Source of the DNA: Thelocarpon superellum | Taxonomy: Eukaryota | DNA: 34,766 nucleotides | Assembly: GCA_026025795.1 (NCBI GenBank) | Contig: JAPEUG010000166.1 | Location: 1-34,766, forward strand | Reading direction: 5' to 3' | Shown: positions 11,363 to 23,505 of the stretch, in pieces | Layout: each line of letters opens with the position of its first letter | How positions within the stretch are numbered: the first letter of the stretch is position 1 | Translations under genes and position numbers: made by a program | Notes under the pieces: model-generated | Database searches by the model: none | What the model was told of the DNA's origin: nothing | Seen by the model: only the letters and a program-made list of their open reading frames with translations

Positions 11363-12820
11363 GCTTGAGACGCGCGACCAATAACGGTGGTCAGGGCTGG
11401 CCTGTGCGGATGGAGCCACGGGAATCAAAGACGGAGAAGAAGGAGCATCGTCAGCCCCGGCTCACGGGTGCCAGAGAGTAACTTGCGTAAGAAATGACAA
11501 CGCTCCTCGAGATGCCCATCGCCAGGAGCTCTTTGTACGGTCGACATGCACGGTGCAGAAACATGCTTCAGAAAAGTTGCTGGAGCTGGTAACGGCATAT
11601 ATATATCTACTGCCAAAGGCCGGCGAGGCCTCGATGCATAGGAACAGTCGTGCGAGTCGCAATCAAACAGCCCTTAAGAGGGGTCCTGGAAAGGCAAGTT
11701 CCCGAGGGATTTGGTTCTCTTCGGGACAAGGCAGCATGGTGCGCTTCTTGTCGTCTACCACGCGCATGATCCTCATCCTCTGGGTGGCTTCTCATAGTTC
11801 TGCTGTCGTGCTAGGGGAGGTAGCGTGCTGAGGGACGCCGATTGACTTTCCCTCCAGGGTGTCATGCAACTTCCCCACAATCTCGATCCTGAGTAAATCT
11901 GATTCGTTCCCTTTCCGCTTCTTCGCGCACGTACCTCACTACCCATCTCGTGATCGAAAGCTGAACGAAAGTCGTTTATCTTCTACTCGTGCTCTACGGT
12001 CGAGCGTAGAGTTCATGTCGCAGAAGCCGTCCAGAACTCCGTAATCTGGAGGAAGGAACATAAGCAGCGTCGAAAGTGTCCCGTCTCTAGCCACGGCCGA
12101 TGGTCCCCATGGAAAATCTTTAAAGATTCGCTCCAACAGCCAAGGATTTTTGTCATTCAACTCGACGGAAAATGACATGATGTTACCCCCGCATGCGTCT
12201 TCCGGAACAATTCTTTTCCGTCCTCCGCAGTATCATTCATCACCTTGACGAGGTCACATGCCAGCCTGCGCGAGACTGGAGGTCGAGCGGTGACAGACCT
12301 GCAATGGCGGTGGGTAAGAACGGCCCTATCCCATCTCTCGCAGCAAAGGTCTCCGACTCGAACGACACGCCCTTATGCACAGCCCGGTAGTCACAAGATA
12401 TGACGGGAAACATCGCTTCTCGACGCATTGATTAGGGCGTAAATCATCTTGGACAAGATCCTCGCCGTCGTGACTACAGAAACACGGCGGAGTACTCCTT
12501 CACTCCAGGCCCACATCTGACACCGAATTCTCGCCAGGTGGACCCTGGAGGTGTCAACACCGTCCCCGAAAGCCACGCAACACGCCACGCAACACGTCAT
12601 CGCAATTCTGCTCATTGCACAGAGGGGCCACCCAGAGTAACTTGGGTTACGAGTAATACGGCTTATTGATCATAGAGTCAAAGAAATTATGCTACTCGTG
12701 CTACGACGGTATCAATGCCATGCAGTCCTCCGTCTCAGTATGCAGATATGTTACAGGTCCTGGTATGTCATCTCCTCTATGGACCCCAGTCAATACATAT
12801 ACAAGCGTGAATGGGGTTCT

Positions 12821-13757
12821 CTAAAACATCAGTGTACACATCTTCAATGTCATGATGCCCATCAATATGTACAATCCAATTTCGTCCCAAGCTATGCTCG
12901 AGAAGGGTCGGACGGAAATCGAAGACGCGCTGGACTTGGTGACACTTGCACTTGTTTGTGCGCTCGTGACAGTGCTGGCCGTCGAGGTGGGGCTCGTACT
13001 CTGGCCCGCATCCTGAGTTGAGGAGGTGATGGTTGGAGTGGTCATGGTCACATTCGCAAGAGCTCCTGCCGATAGTGGGCCCACATATGCATCAGTGGCG
13101 CCTATCGCCGGAGTGTGGGATGGATACGCCGTCATCGCTCCGGTTGTCGAGGCCGCCGCAGAGACAGGTGACGCCGTCACACTTGCATCCGCGCTCGTCG
13201 AATCACCCTCACCGGGCTTGCGGGCCGTGATGGTCGCATACGATGGGGTCAGGTCGGAGGCATATAGTGAAAAGGTATTCAAGGTGGGTGGGAAGGCGAG
13301 GTTCGATGAGGCCCCCGGATTGTTAGCGGTCACGGTGCCGACGCAGACGCCGGGGCTGGACGTGCCAGCGCCGAGAGGCAGCCGCGAGCAGTCAATTTCA
13401 TAGAGCTGACCTTGCTGCTCATTCGACCAGTGGATTGTCTGAGGGCCTTGGACGATGGTTACGTCAGGCGTTTGTTGAAAGGGGCAGGACTGAGCATTGG
13501 ATGGCGGGCAGTGCACCACATATGTTGTCGCGGCAGCGTCCTAAAGATGGCGAGAGTTAGAAGACCGATGCCACCCGAAGTTAAGCAGGTGTGCAGCAGG
13601 GAGATGGGAGACATACCGAGTCAAGAATGTAGCCCTCCAAAGGCTGCGCGTTGGCCGAGACGAGATAGAGAGGGACGACGTCAGCAGCGGCGCACACACA
13701 CGATGACAATGATATTATGGTTGCACATAGCCAGACCATGCACCCTGCGTTGTACAT
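12821..13757 (-). CDS. Secreted, probably GPI-anchored cell-surface glycoprotein (~286 aa; alternative start 13739); exons 13757-13617 and 13540-12821
   Basis: Hydrophobic N-terminus (MVWLCATIISLSSCVCAA). A 76-bp intron 13616-13541 (GTATGT...CTAAC...TTTAG) gives ...LEGYILDS|DAAATTYVVHCPP...C...VTIVQGPQT, a 4-Cys domain seen in fungal GPI proteins, followed by an S/T-rich stalk and a hydrophobic C-terminus. Confidence 0.85.
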
Positions 13758-13976
13758 GGCCTTTAAAGGACCAGAAGATGAAAGTGCCGAGGGAGTGAAC
13801 TGTGAATCAATATGAACCGATGAATGTCCAAAAATGGGAGCTGTTCCGTTAATTTCCTTCTTCAAGCCGTCTCACGGGTCTGGCTTAGTCATATGACCCT
13901 CGAGGCGCGCAGCTGTAGTTAGTCTCTGCCAGCTGGGAGGTGCCGACATCACCAAGATTCTAGCGTATAGGAGCAC

Positions 13977-13997
13977 GCACGTGATCTGGTCACGTGC
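13977..13997. promoter_or_regulatory. Paired E-boxes forming an inverted repeat (GCACGTGA-n5-TCACGTGC); candidate bHLH binding site
   Basis: gcacgtga tctgg tcacgtgc, about 220 bp upstream of the 13757 start codon. Confidence 0.4.
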
Positions 13998-14077
13998 CCA
14001 TTCCCATTACTATCCCGACTACGCGTAGATTAGCAATTCAGCTCTGATTCCTACAAGCGTAGACTTTTGCTGGCCGC

Positions 14078-14116
14078 CTCGTCTCGAGTCTCTCGTCTCG
14101 GGTCTCTCGTCTCGAG
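14078..14116 (+). repeat. 14-bp tandem repeat, ~2.8 copies
   Basis: ctcgtctcgagtct ctcgtctcgggtct ctcgtctcgag. Confidence 0.85.
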
Positions 14117-14443
14117 CGTGAACCGTTCGTCGCAGCCCCAAAGTTTTCTTGAAGCGAGAGGAACCCAATACTCGTACACCCCAAGTGGTGTTGGAGGAAT
14201 GATGCTGTAGTTGGGGCTCTGGTCCTGTTTCCCGGCATGCTTGGCTCACGTGCTTGGGGAGTGGACAGAACCCCCAAAGTCTCATAGTATAAGTACTGCA
14301 TCGGAGCAAAGGGCGACTCCCATGGACGAACCTATGGTGAAGGTACCCATCACCATACACCCTCGGCAGGTACCTCATGCACGCAGCTGCGCTGTAGTGC
14401 GGGTCTTGAACCTCCGCGCGAGACCCGCTACCAGCAGGGAGGC

Positions 14444-14488
14444 ATAGCGCTGACCTTGGGAGCAGGGACCGATAGCGCTGACCTTGGG
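14444..14488 (+). repeat. 17-bp direct repeat (ATAGCGCTGACCTTGGG) x2, period 28
   Basis: Identical copies at 14444-14460 and 14472-14488. Confidence 0.85.
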
Positions 14489-17400
14489 GTTGACTGACGT
14501 ATTCCGACCGCGCAAGAGAAATCGCCGATCTCGCCTGCACGGTCGATCACGTATGTTGCGCAGAACGAGCATATGACGCCGCTGTGGGTCAGCGCTCTCG
14601 CTTTTCCGCCTTAGGCTCTCTTGCCGGGGGCATACGGCCCAAAGAGGAGGGTCGAAAAGACAGCCCAGCCGTTCGAGGGTATGGTGTGGGGAAGCGGAAG
14701 CATGCCTACACGTGCGACGCGCGTGTTTCTACATGCGACGGAAAGCTCCATCGCTTCTTCGCTTCAGAACCTCCTCGTGGGCGCCTCCGCGGTCTGAGGC
14801 AACACGGCACTAGGTCGCGTGCCGTCACAACGGCGAGGAGGGCTCTCGTGCGAAAAGTTTATAGGTCAAGCGACCCTGCCACGTGAAGTGTGTATCTGAG
14901 CGGATCCTGACCCCGCGTGAGATCCCAGCCTCGCCCCAACTTGTGAGAGGGAACGAGGAAATGAGACGGGGGGCGTGGCTTGATCGGATCAAGCTGATTG
15001 TGATGCGGCAAAAAGTAACGCACAGAGGCCGTTACCGCCCCACGTACGTAACGCTCGCGTTGCTGGTGATGCTTGCGCAAGCGGAGCCCACACCGACCTC
15101 GGCCCCCGCATTTTCCCGACCCGCCGGTGCTGACGCGCTCTGCCCCAATCTGGTGGGAAATCGCGCTTGAGCCAGGTTACTGTCGCCACGCCCACCTGGA
15201 TGAGATACTTGCATGCCCACGGTGGAACGGATCAAGACAACGTCATGCCGGAGCCGCCCATGCCGTAGGTCGAATGTGAGGCCGCGGTCAACTAAGCCTG
15301 CCGCTCTCACCGCTCGACGATGCTGGCTCTGAGTTCTTGCCACGGCACGAGGACAAGGCGTCTCCTTATCGCCGCCAACCTCGAGCGTTCAACATTCCAT
15401 GTGTCATAGGCTCCGCTCGGGGCTCGTTCATGAGGGAACGGGGCACACCGCTTAGACCTCTGTCTTCACCTCTGTCTCGTACCCCCATGCCGGGCGTGTA
15501 CAGCAAGAGCAAGGTCCCCGGACCTTCGTCTCCGCGATCTTGGGACATATCTGCGCAGAGCCAATGCATCGGAGCTAAATCTTGGGATGAAATACAGCAA
15601 AATCGACGATCTCCGTGGCCACCTTGTCAGATCGAATACACTCGTGAGGCCCTGGACGGCGTTAGTCACATGGCTGGCTCGGGCGGTTGTCGATCTGATC
15701 GGTCAGCACTCAGCCGGTGTGGGCCGCCGCGCCCCTGCAACGAGGAAAGCGACGGACGTTCATGCCGGATTTCCGAATTCCCCTCCTACGTCCGGCTGCG
15801 ACGGTAAAGACAAAGCGCTCGCGGGTCAGAGGTGCGACAATTGATGGACCGGGCATGTCGGCTTGGTTGCGACGTGACTGCGACATACCAGTATCAGGGA
15901 ATGATTAGTGGCTGCCAGACCCATCACAAGTAAGCACATCGTCTCTGGAAAGCGGAGTCGATGATTGTGGACATCCCGAAATCACAATAATGTGCGATGT
16001 CGTTAGCGGAGTAGGAGCTACAGTAATGTGTCTACGTGGTTGACCTTGCCCAGGCTGGCAATTGATCGGCAGCAGTCGCGGCGGTGGAAGCCAGCCGTTT
16101 CAACGTTTCATGGTTCGCATCTGGCTCGCTGACGTAAGGAGACAAGTGGACACCGGGGGACGTCTGCCGTCCCTTAGTCCATCCCACTACTGGAGGCGCC
16201 GCAAGCCCAGCTCCATCCCAAACCGCTGTTGTATCACCACCACACCTTACATTGCCGTGGGATGATTGCAGCGACGATTATCTGAGCGACGGAAGGACTT
16301 GGCGAGTTTCATGAGAGCTCGACCGCCTGCCGTTTCTGAACTGGAGCTTGGGCCCACGTTGCTGCGCCTGGTGAAGCGACCTGAAGCTGCGGAGCTCCCG
16401 TGAGGATGTCATGAAATTTGATGTGGGTGCAGCGTGGGCGACGGGACGTGTGCATCGGTCGGGCAGCTCGAGGATAGACTTTCTCTCTCGGGCTCGCACG
16501 ATTCTGATCTTGGGCCGCTCCTATCCCTCCGGAGGGGACTACCCGGTGCTACTGCAGGCACTAGTTAGTCAAGCCGCTAGGCGTCGCCCGGGCTATGGCG
16601 GCGAGTCATCCATGCAGGGCTACCGACGACGGAGGTTTCCGTCGTGCCAACCTCCGTCCACGCTGCCGTCCCTATAGTTATTGTCCGAGTCTCAGGTTTG
16701 GCGGGCCGAGGGCCTGCAATCGACGCCTCCACCCTCATGCTGCCTTGTCCTTGCTCAACGTCCGGTCACTTCGTCCCAACTACCGACAGCATGACATTGT
16801 TGTCCATGATCGACATCGTCCACGTCGCAAAACGGCATCGCACCTGACGCCCTCCCTGGCATCATCCAGACCCTCGCCAAGCACACGGCCGTCGTCCGGC
16901 AGGTAATTCGCGCAGCGGGTGATCAGTGCGTGTCAGGATCAACCGCACGAGGTGTCGTCAATTTACCGAACAACTGCCACGGTCTCGACTCGAACCCGTC
17001 GAGCGATGGCCCTCAACTTAGGGAGGTGCGCCATGTGGGCGATCCTTCCCCGTCGTCGTACCTTGTCTCAACACTCTAATTTGCCGTCTGAGCACCCCAC
17101 GAACGCGTCGGCGCCCAGCACTGGACTGTGGTGGTGGAGTAGAGCCTCGCGGTCCATCTGGGGCCACGAGGGTCATTCGCCAATCTTGCTGCTTCGGGCA
17201 CGTACGATGGCATTGTGCATCTCGTTCATCGTGCCTGTTATCCTTGTGCACTGCCGGCGGAGCAATGGCGGACCCCGTAGTGTTACATACTCCAATCCAG
17301 GTCGATCAGCCGGGCATAATCTGCTACGTCCAGGAATCAACCACCATCGGACCTTCTGGAACAACGGGTCATGGCCGTGGTTCCCCACCCCGGCCTGACA

Positions 17401-19949
17401 CTGACCAATGATGACCTGGCTGGGATGGTGTGCTTGATACTGTCGTAGGAGTAGCTCGCGCGGAGAACCTGGCCTCCGGGTCTGACCTGGAGAATGTCGA
17501 TGGCGATGCAGTGGCGCATTGCGCACGAAGAAACCTCGTGACGACACACGTCAAGACCTCAACGGGGATGAAGAGAGTGAGCATGTGTGGTAATTTGGTA
17601 TGATGAGGAAGATGAAGATTTGCAGAAACGCCCTTCCTTGCTGCACATCAGTACTTGAAGATGGCCGCGGCAGCGGCTGTCAAAGCACGTGCTCAGCGCC
17701 CGCCGCAATACTGGCGTCGCGGTCGTTTCATCTTCGACGAGATGACTAGAGGCTACGAAAGCAGCAAGAACGGTAATCAGCCAGCCCCATTCGCGGCCCT
17801 GCATAAAGCTGGCCGGGGGACGGAGATGGCCACCATGGGATGGTATGACGGGTCGCAGCAGGATTTGATTAAAGTAAATGCTGTGCTTGGAGTGCCACGC
17901 CGACGACATCACATCGGTCTGGCACCCATATCGCTACAGGTACTGCAGCAGCCACCCATACTTCAGTAAGATCTCAACTACCTCGAACATGTGTTGCTGT
18001 GTCCAGTCGTAGCGTTTACAAACCGAGTCAAGCGTGGCGCCAGCCACGTCACATGTTCGTGTCAATGGGGTCCAAGGGTGACAGGCCGGAGGATTTGACT
18101 TTCTTCTGCACCGCCCTTTCCCCACCAGCCGATGTGTCGGCGACTTCTCCGGGCTAGCGAGCGCGGAGGTCGAGATGGATCGCCCTCACGCTGCACGCCG
18201 CCACGCACCCAGGCCGCCACGCTGCCGCTCTCGCGACAGAGTCCAAGATCCATCGAGCAGGTCTCAACCTCGAACCTTGAAGCGGAGAAGGAGCGGCCGT
18301 GCGTTGGTGTCGGCCACGGACGACCACGTGGGCCAGCATTCAAGCCCGCTCGCATCCATCGTGGGCCCGACTGCAGAGATATTGGGATTTGTCAGGCGCC
18401 GACGACGCCGCGCGGAGGACAGCTACGATCCATCCGATGTGCGCGTGGGTTGTTTCTCCGGGGATGGCGTAGCTGCGCCCCAGAAAAGCAAGTGCCACCC
18501 GGCATCATCGCATCGTGGACTTGGGCTTGATCGATACCCGGGAGTCATGAGCGTGCGAGGTGGGGGAGTACGCGACTAAGCCGAGTGGGCGCTAGCCCGG
18601 TGCGCGACGTTGGGACAGAGTACGAGTAGTCACGACGGCCCTCGCCCACCATTGACGCGCATGAGCACACCAAACCTGAAACACGAACATCCCCCCCAAT
18701 CACAGTGCCTTGCCCTCGACATTGCGCGTCTGCTGTTCTTGCTCACCCCCTCCCCCGTCCAACAGCCCTTCACCAACGCCAGCGACTAGTGTCGACCCTC
18801 ACTTTCGTCAGCCCTGGCTCTTGCATCAACCCTGACCGCCAACCGTCGCTCGCATGAGAAAAGCCTACCCCCGGGAAATGGCAGCTAAGCGGGCAGCAGA
18901 TCGCATAGTCCCACCCCCCACCACGCGGCCAAAACGAAAGTACCGGCAGTCAGGCATATGCTTTCCGCCCTCCCACCCTCCTCCCTCGACCCCCAACCTG
19001 CGCCCTACCCCATCCTCGCACGGCGGACCGCCGGCCAGCGCCCACCTCGGTCCTTGGATGCATCATGGCAGTAATCCGTCTAGCGCGAGCCCTATCGTGG
19101 CCCCCCTCCGCCGCACTCCTCCTGCCTCATGGAGAATGATGGCAGCGCTCACGCTACCCACCGTCGAGCGAGCCACGCAATTACCGGCCATGCTGCATCG
19201 TTGATGCGAGCGCAAACAGGTTGGCACCAACACGATCCGGTCGGGCCTCGTTGCGGCCGTCTTCGTCCCATGCCGGCGTGGTCCGCGGCGTCAGCACTCG
19301 GCCTGCGCCGGCTTGAGGGTCGGCGCGAGGCCGCGATGGCCTCGTCCCCCACCCCCCTCTCGTCCGCGACTGTTCTCGAAGTTGCGGGGGAGATCGTCAA
19401 CCAACCGGAGTCTTATCGACCCAACACGCTCATGGGGGAGAGCCAGGCCGGCCAGCCAACCAACGGGCAGCATGGGCCGTGCGATGTGTGGACGATACCG
19501 CCCACCACCATGGGTCAGGGCAACGCTGCTCCAGTCGGCGCACGACCTGCCTTCAGTCTCTGGTACGCTAGGGTGCCAATCCTACGAGCCACCGGCTAAC
19601 CCATGCAGACGACCCAATGACGAGCGTAGATGGTGGCGTCGCATTCTGGAAGTCCCTGGGCCTACGCGAGCCAGCACCACCCGAGGCTAGGTCCGGTCCT
19701 CCGTTTCACGCTGTCCACCGGCCGGCGATCGTCGACCCAAAATAGGGTGTGCCAGAGCCAGGCAAGGCAAGCTTCCTGCGCGCCGCAGCACCGGGGACGA
19801 CCACCATCGCTGGGCCTCACCCGGTGCATATATATCATATTCAACGCACGCCCGGGCCTCGCCTTCCCACGCCCGCTCACGCTAGGTCCCCACCGGCAAA
19901 AGACACCTCACGCGCGCCATGTTCTCCCATCCGCTCCTTTGATCTTGTC

Positions 19950-21466
19950 ATGCAACCGCATCTCACTCGTTTCACGCTCGATACAAATGCTTCTTCCCCC
20001 CCGCGCGCCTTAAGTGCCCCCGCCTCCGCCGACCCTGTTGCTCTCGACCCCCAGCTCTCACCACCAGCTCTCCGTCCCCACTCCCCCGCGCCCCACGAGA
20101 CCTCCCCTAACTCGGGCCCGCTCGTGGACGCTTCACCCCTCCCTCCGGACGAAGCCTCCTTCTTGCTCTCCGCCCCGCCCCACGACGACGCCCGTTGGCG
20201 TACGTCCGCAGTCTTTACCCCTTCATCCGACGGAAGCTTCGACCGAGCGGCCCCCGGCTTACCGTCCACTGGCTTCGCGGTACCCACTGGCCAGGCCTGG
20301 TCCTTGTACCCCGCGATTTCCCTCGCCGACTCTCCTGCCTCTTCTGCGGTCGAGCCGACCGTGGTCCCCATCACCTCTCCCGAGCCTCCGCAACCTTCCA
20401 ACATGAGGTGAGTCCCCCCCAATGCCTGCGCACGAGGTTCACTAACACTGCCCCCAGCGCCTTCGACTATATGTTCCCTGCGGGGGTGGGACACTTCAGC
20501 CAACCTCCGCATTTTGATCCCGTGATGCAATCATCTTTCTCCGGTAGGCCTCATCATATCCCAGATGTTCTCGCACCACTGACGAGATCATCGCTTCAGA
20601 TTATAACTCCATTCCAGTGCCAGACCTGCCTCACTTGGATCCTGCCGCTCCCGCCGCGACCGAGGCGGAGGCCTCGCGCTACTACGCTCGGCCTCTCACG
20701 CTCAGCCCAGCTGTGAGCCTGCCATCGCCTCATCCGTCCCCACAGGATCGTGAGATCCTGCGTCAGCGGCGACAGTACCATCAGAGTCGTCGTCTGGCCA
20801 AGACTCGTGCCCGCAATGAACGCTCGCCAAGCGGAGCCTACTTCTCCAATGCATCTCGACCCCGAGACGTGGGCTTGGGCATCGACCTCGCGCCTGAGCA
20901 AGTCGTCACACCCTCGTCCGCACATTTCTCGCAGGGCCTGCCAACACTGCTGGACGGCTACTCCACGGAACGTGGGGCTACGGCAAGTCCGCCCACGTAC
21001 CTCGACCCCTACCACCAGGAGCACGGCAGCTACGATTTGTCGCTGGGCATGTCCATGCCAACCTCCCACCCTGTCTACCAACCGTGAGTGCCCCAGTGGA
21101 AAGCGTCGGCGAGAGATGCCTGCTGACCCAGGACGCAGGTCTCCTTTACCATCCATGTCCAACGTCGGCGAAGGCGGCACACCGGAGCGGCAATATCGGC
21201 AGAGCCCGCACGGGACCCCGACAAGCTCTCCCGGGGCACAAGACCAGGTGCGGATCCTAGGTACGCGGCCGAAGCCACAATGCTGGGACCACGGCTGCAA
21301 CGGACGACAATTCTCGACGTTCAGCAATCTCCTACGCCACCAGCGGGAGAAGTCGGGCACCTCCACCAAGTCATACTGCCCACGGTGCGGGGCGGAATTC
21401 ACGAGGACGACGGCACGGAACGGCCACATGGCGCATGAGAAATGCAAGTCTAGGAGGAGTTCATAG
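19950..21466 (+). CDS. C2H2-type zinc-finger transcription factor (~451 aa); exons 19950-20407, 20458-20543, 20600-21083, 21139-21466
   Basis: Introns 20408-20457 (GTGAGT..ACTAAC..CAG), 20544-20599 (GTAGGC..ACTGAC..CAG) and 21084-21138 (GTGAGT..GCTGAC..CAG) keep the frame. The C-terminal [31 protein letters not shown]...[23 protein letters not shown] is a conserved Pezizomycotina zinc-finger module. N-terminus is Pro/Ser-rich. A TATA-like stretch lies near 19828. Start codon uncertain (ATG 20403 is also possible). Confidence 0.9.
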
Positions 21467-23505
21467 AAGGGTCTGGGTTGCGCTCCGTCTTCATTTCCGG
21501 ACATCTTTTTGGTTCCGCCTCCCGCGGCTGTCCTTACTTGCATGCAACCTTTCCTGGAGTCTGGCCAACTGCGATTCCATTTCCCCACAGCGACTTTTCT
21601 TTTTCCTCTCTCCATCTTCTCTTCTTCGCCCATTTTCCGGCAAACGACCCTTTCCCCAGTACCTCGTTTGGTCGACGCCAACCTTCCCCGCATGACCGAG
21701 CTCGGCATTCACTCTCGCACCCCACGCACCGCTCGCCCGATGCCCTCGCAATTCGCCTGTTGGGCGCACTCGCGGGATGTAATGCCATGTATCCATTCAT
21801 CACACGCTGTCGCGTCAGCCTCGGTCGAGCAGAGCTAAAATTGGAGCGGCTGAATCATGGAAAGTCGGACATTGGACCTCGAAGCGCCGCGTGCACCGGA
21901 GCACACCCCGGGACAACTCATCGAGGAGCAGGTCAAGAGTGGAAGGCGGCAACCAGGGCGACTTGGAGCATGACGCATGAAGTGGGGTCTCGCGGCAAAG
22001 CAGGGCATGACGGTGGGTGTGTGGAAACGCATAGCGCTGGTTGCCAACGTGCGCCTGACCAAAGGGTCGCACTTATGTATAGAGCCGTCTGTATAGATAT
22101 GCCACTGCAATTCTATGATGCACCGTCCCAGTAGGCTATGCCCAGGTAAGATGATTCAGGTGGATCCTGGTTGGGTCAGCCCATCTCGCCGCGGAGGTCG
22201 TGTTGATCACGTTCGCCTCTCACGATCCGAAACTGTTGCGCAGTGGGAATACAGTGTAGATAACATAGTATTAAGGCTGGCTAATAAAACTCCGCTTGGG
22301 TCTCCCCATACTAATCGTATGGGAACCGACAAAGCGGCATGTCCCGTTCTGCCTTCCATGACCAACCGCTGATTATGTCATCTTCCAACAGAAACCCCTT
22401 CATTGTTTAGGCGAGCGAAAGGACGGCACGCCGACAGATGAGCAACGGTCCCCTCCGCGATGTCGCAGTAATGAAGCGGTCTCGTGAGGGCTCCGTTTCT
22501 ATATGTGCACAAGCACCGTCACCGAGCTGATGGTCGTTGCCATTACGTCTTCACCTCTGTTTTCCGCAGATGCTGCTGCCTGTAAAGAAAATTGGAGGGT
22601 CGACTCGGAGATAGGCGATTCATGCAGACCATGCGTATAAGTCGCCCTTCTCACTGTCCCGGCGTCATTCGGCTTGTGGTCACCACGGCGTAAGATAGTG
22701 GACGGCGCCGTCCCGTGCTCGCGACCTTGGGTTTGGAGGTCTCCACCGCAGTTATACCTCGCCGACCGGCAACTGTCACCTGTCCCACATCTCGGACCCG
22801 CAGTTCAATAATGTACGGGAGTACAGGGGAACCTACACGGCTATCTATTACTAATCAGCCCCTCGAAAACCATTGTCTCGTGTATTGGCAAGAAAGTGAT
22901 ACTTTGCGTTGATGCCGAGGCTCGACTTCTGTTCTCAATGAAAACAGACATGACGCGTCAATCATATCGGGGGGTTTTCCATCGTTTCAACCCTTGGAAC
23001 GAGTAGTGTCGACGCCAATCTTCGGAAAATAATCTGCCGTGGACTCTCGACTGGTCGATGACTCATCTACCATCGGACTCGCTCTACCTGCCAGTAACCG
23101 TTGATGCTCACTTGCCGGAGTCAGATGATCGGGGCCTCCCAGCTGATCTCATTGTCCTGTTGACCGTATTTGGCCAATTCGTCGATAAGACCGCGGCTTC
23201 CCTCCCGTACACTTATGACGATGCTTGCTCCTGAATCAGGCTGAACAGCCTCGAGCGAGTCTACCTTCGCCGGCCTCCAAGTTTGGGTCTACCGCCCCGG
23301 GCAAGACACGAGCCTCTCAAAACGCCAAGATGATCCCGCCATTCTCATACTTCCTGCGGATCCGCCAGTCCCACAGCAATACCCGCTCGTTACCGCCGAC
23401 AAATACTCCATTAGGCTCAAGGCGAAGGCTGGCCACCCCAACATCGCGGAAGGTACAGGGACCGTCGTGAGCAGGCGTGATCGTCAGTGTCAGCGGGCCA
23501 TTCTT

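Noticed and set aside
10493..11999. 12-bp inverted repeat CCGTAGAGCACG (10493-10504 / 11988-11999) flanking the secreted-protein gene, as possible transposon TIRs
   Set aside because: It does not extend, I see no target-site duplication or transposase, and a few 12-bp inverted matches at this spacing are expected by chance in 35 kb.
15511..15527. AAGGTCCCCGGACCTT resembling RNase MRP conserved region I
   Set aside because: No downstream GGGGCT partner (CR-V) to form P4; it is explained as a short palindrome.
13900..19900. Telomerase RNA in the long intergenic tract
   Set aside because: I found no TAACCCTAA-type template on either strand.
22436..22503. AGATGA + imperfect hairpin + ATA, resembling half of an H/ACA snoRNA
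   Set aside because: No pseudouridylation pocket at the required distance, and the 5' hairpin is unconvincing.
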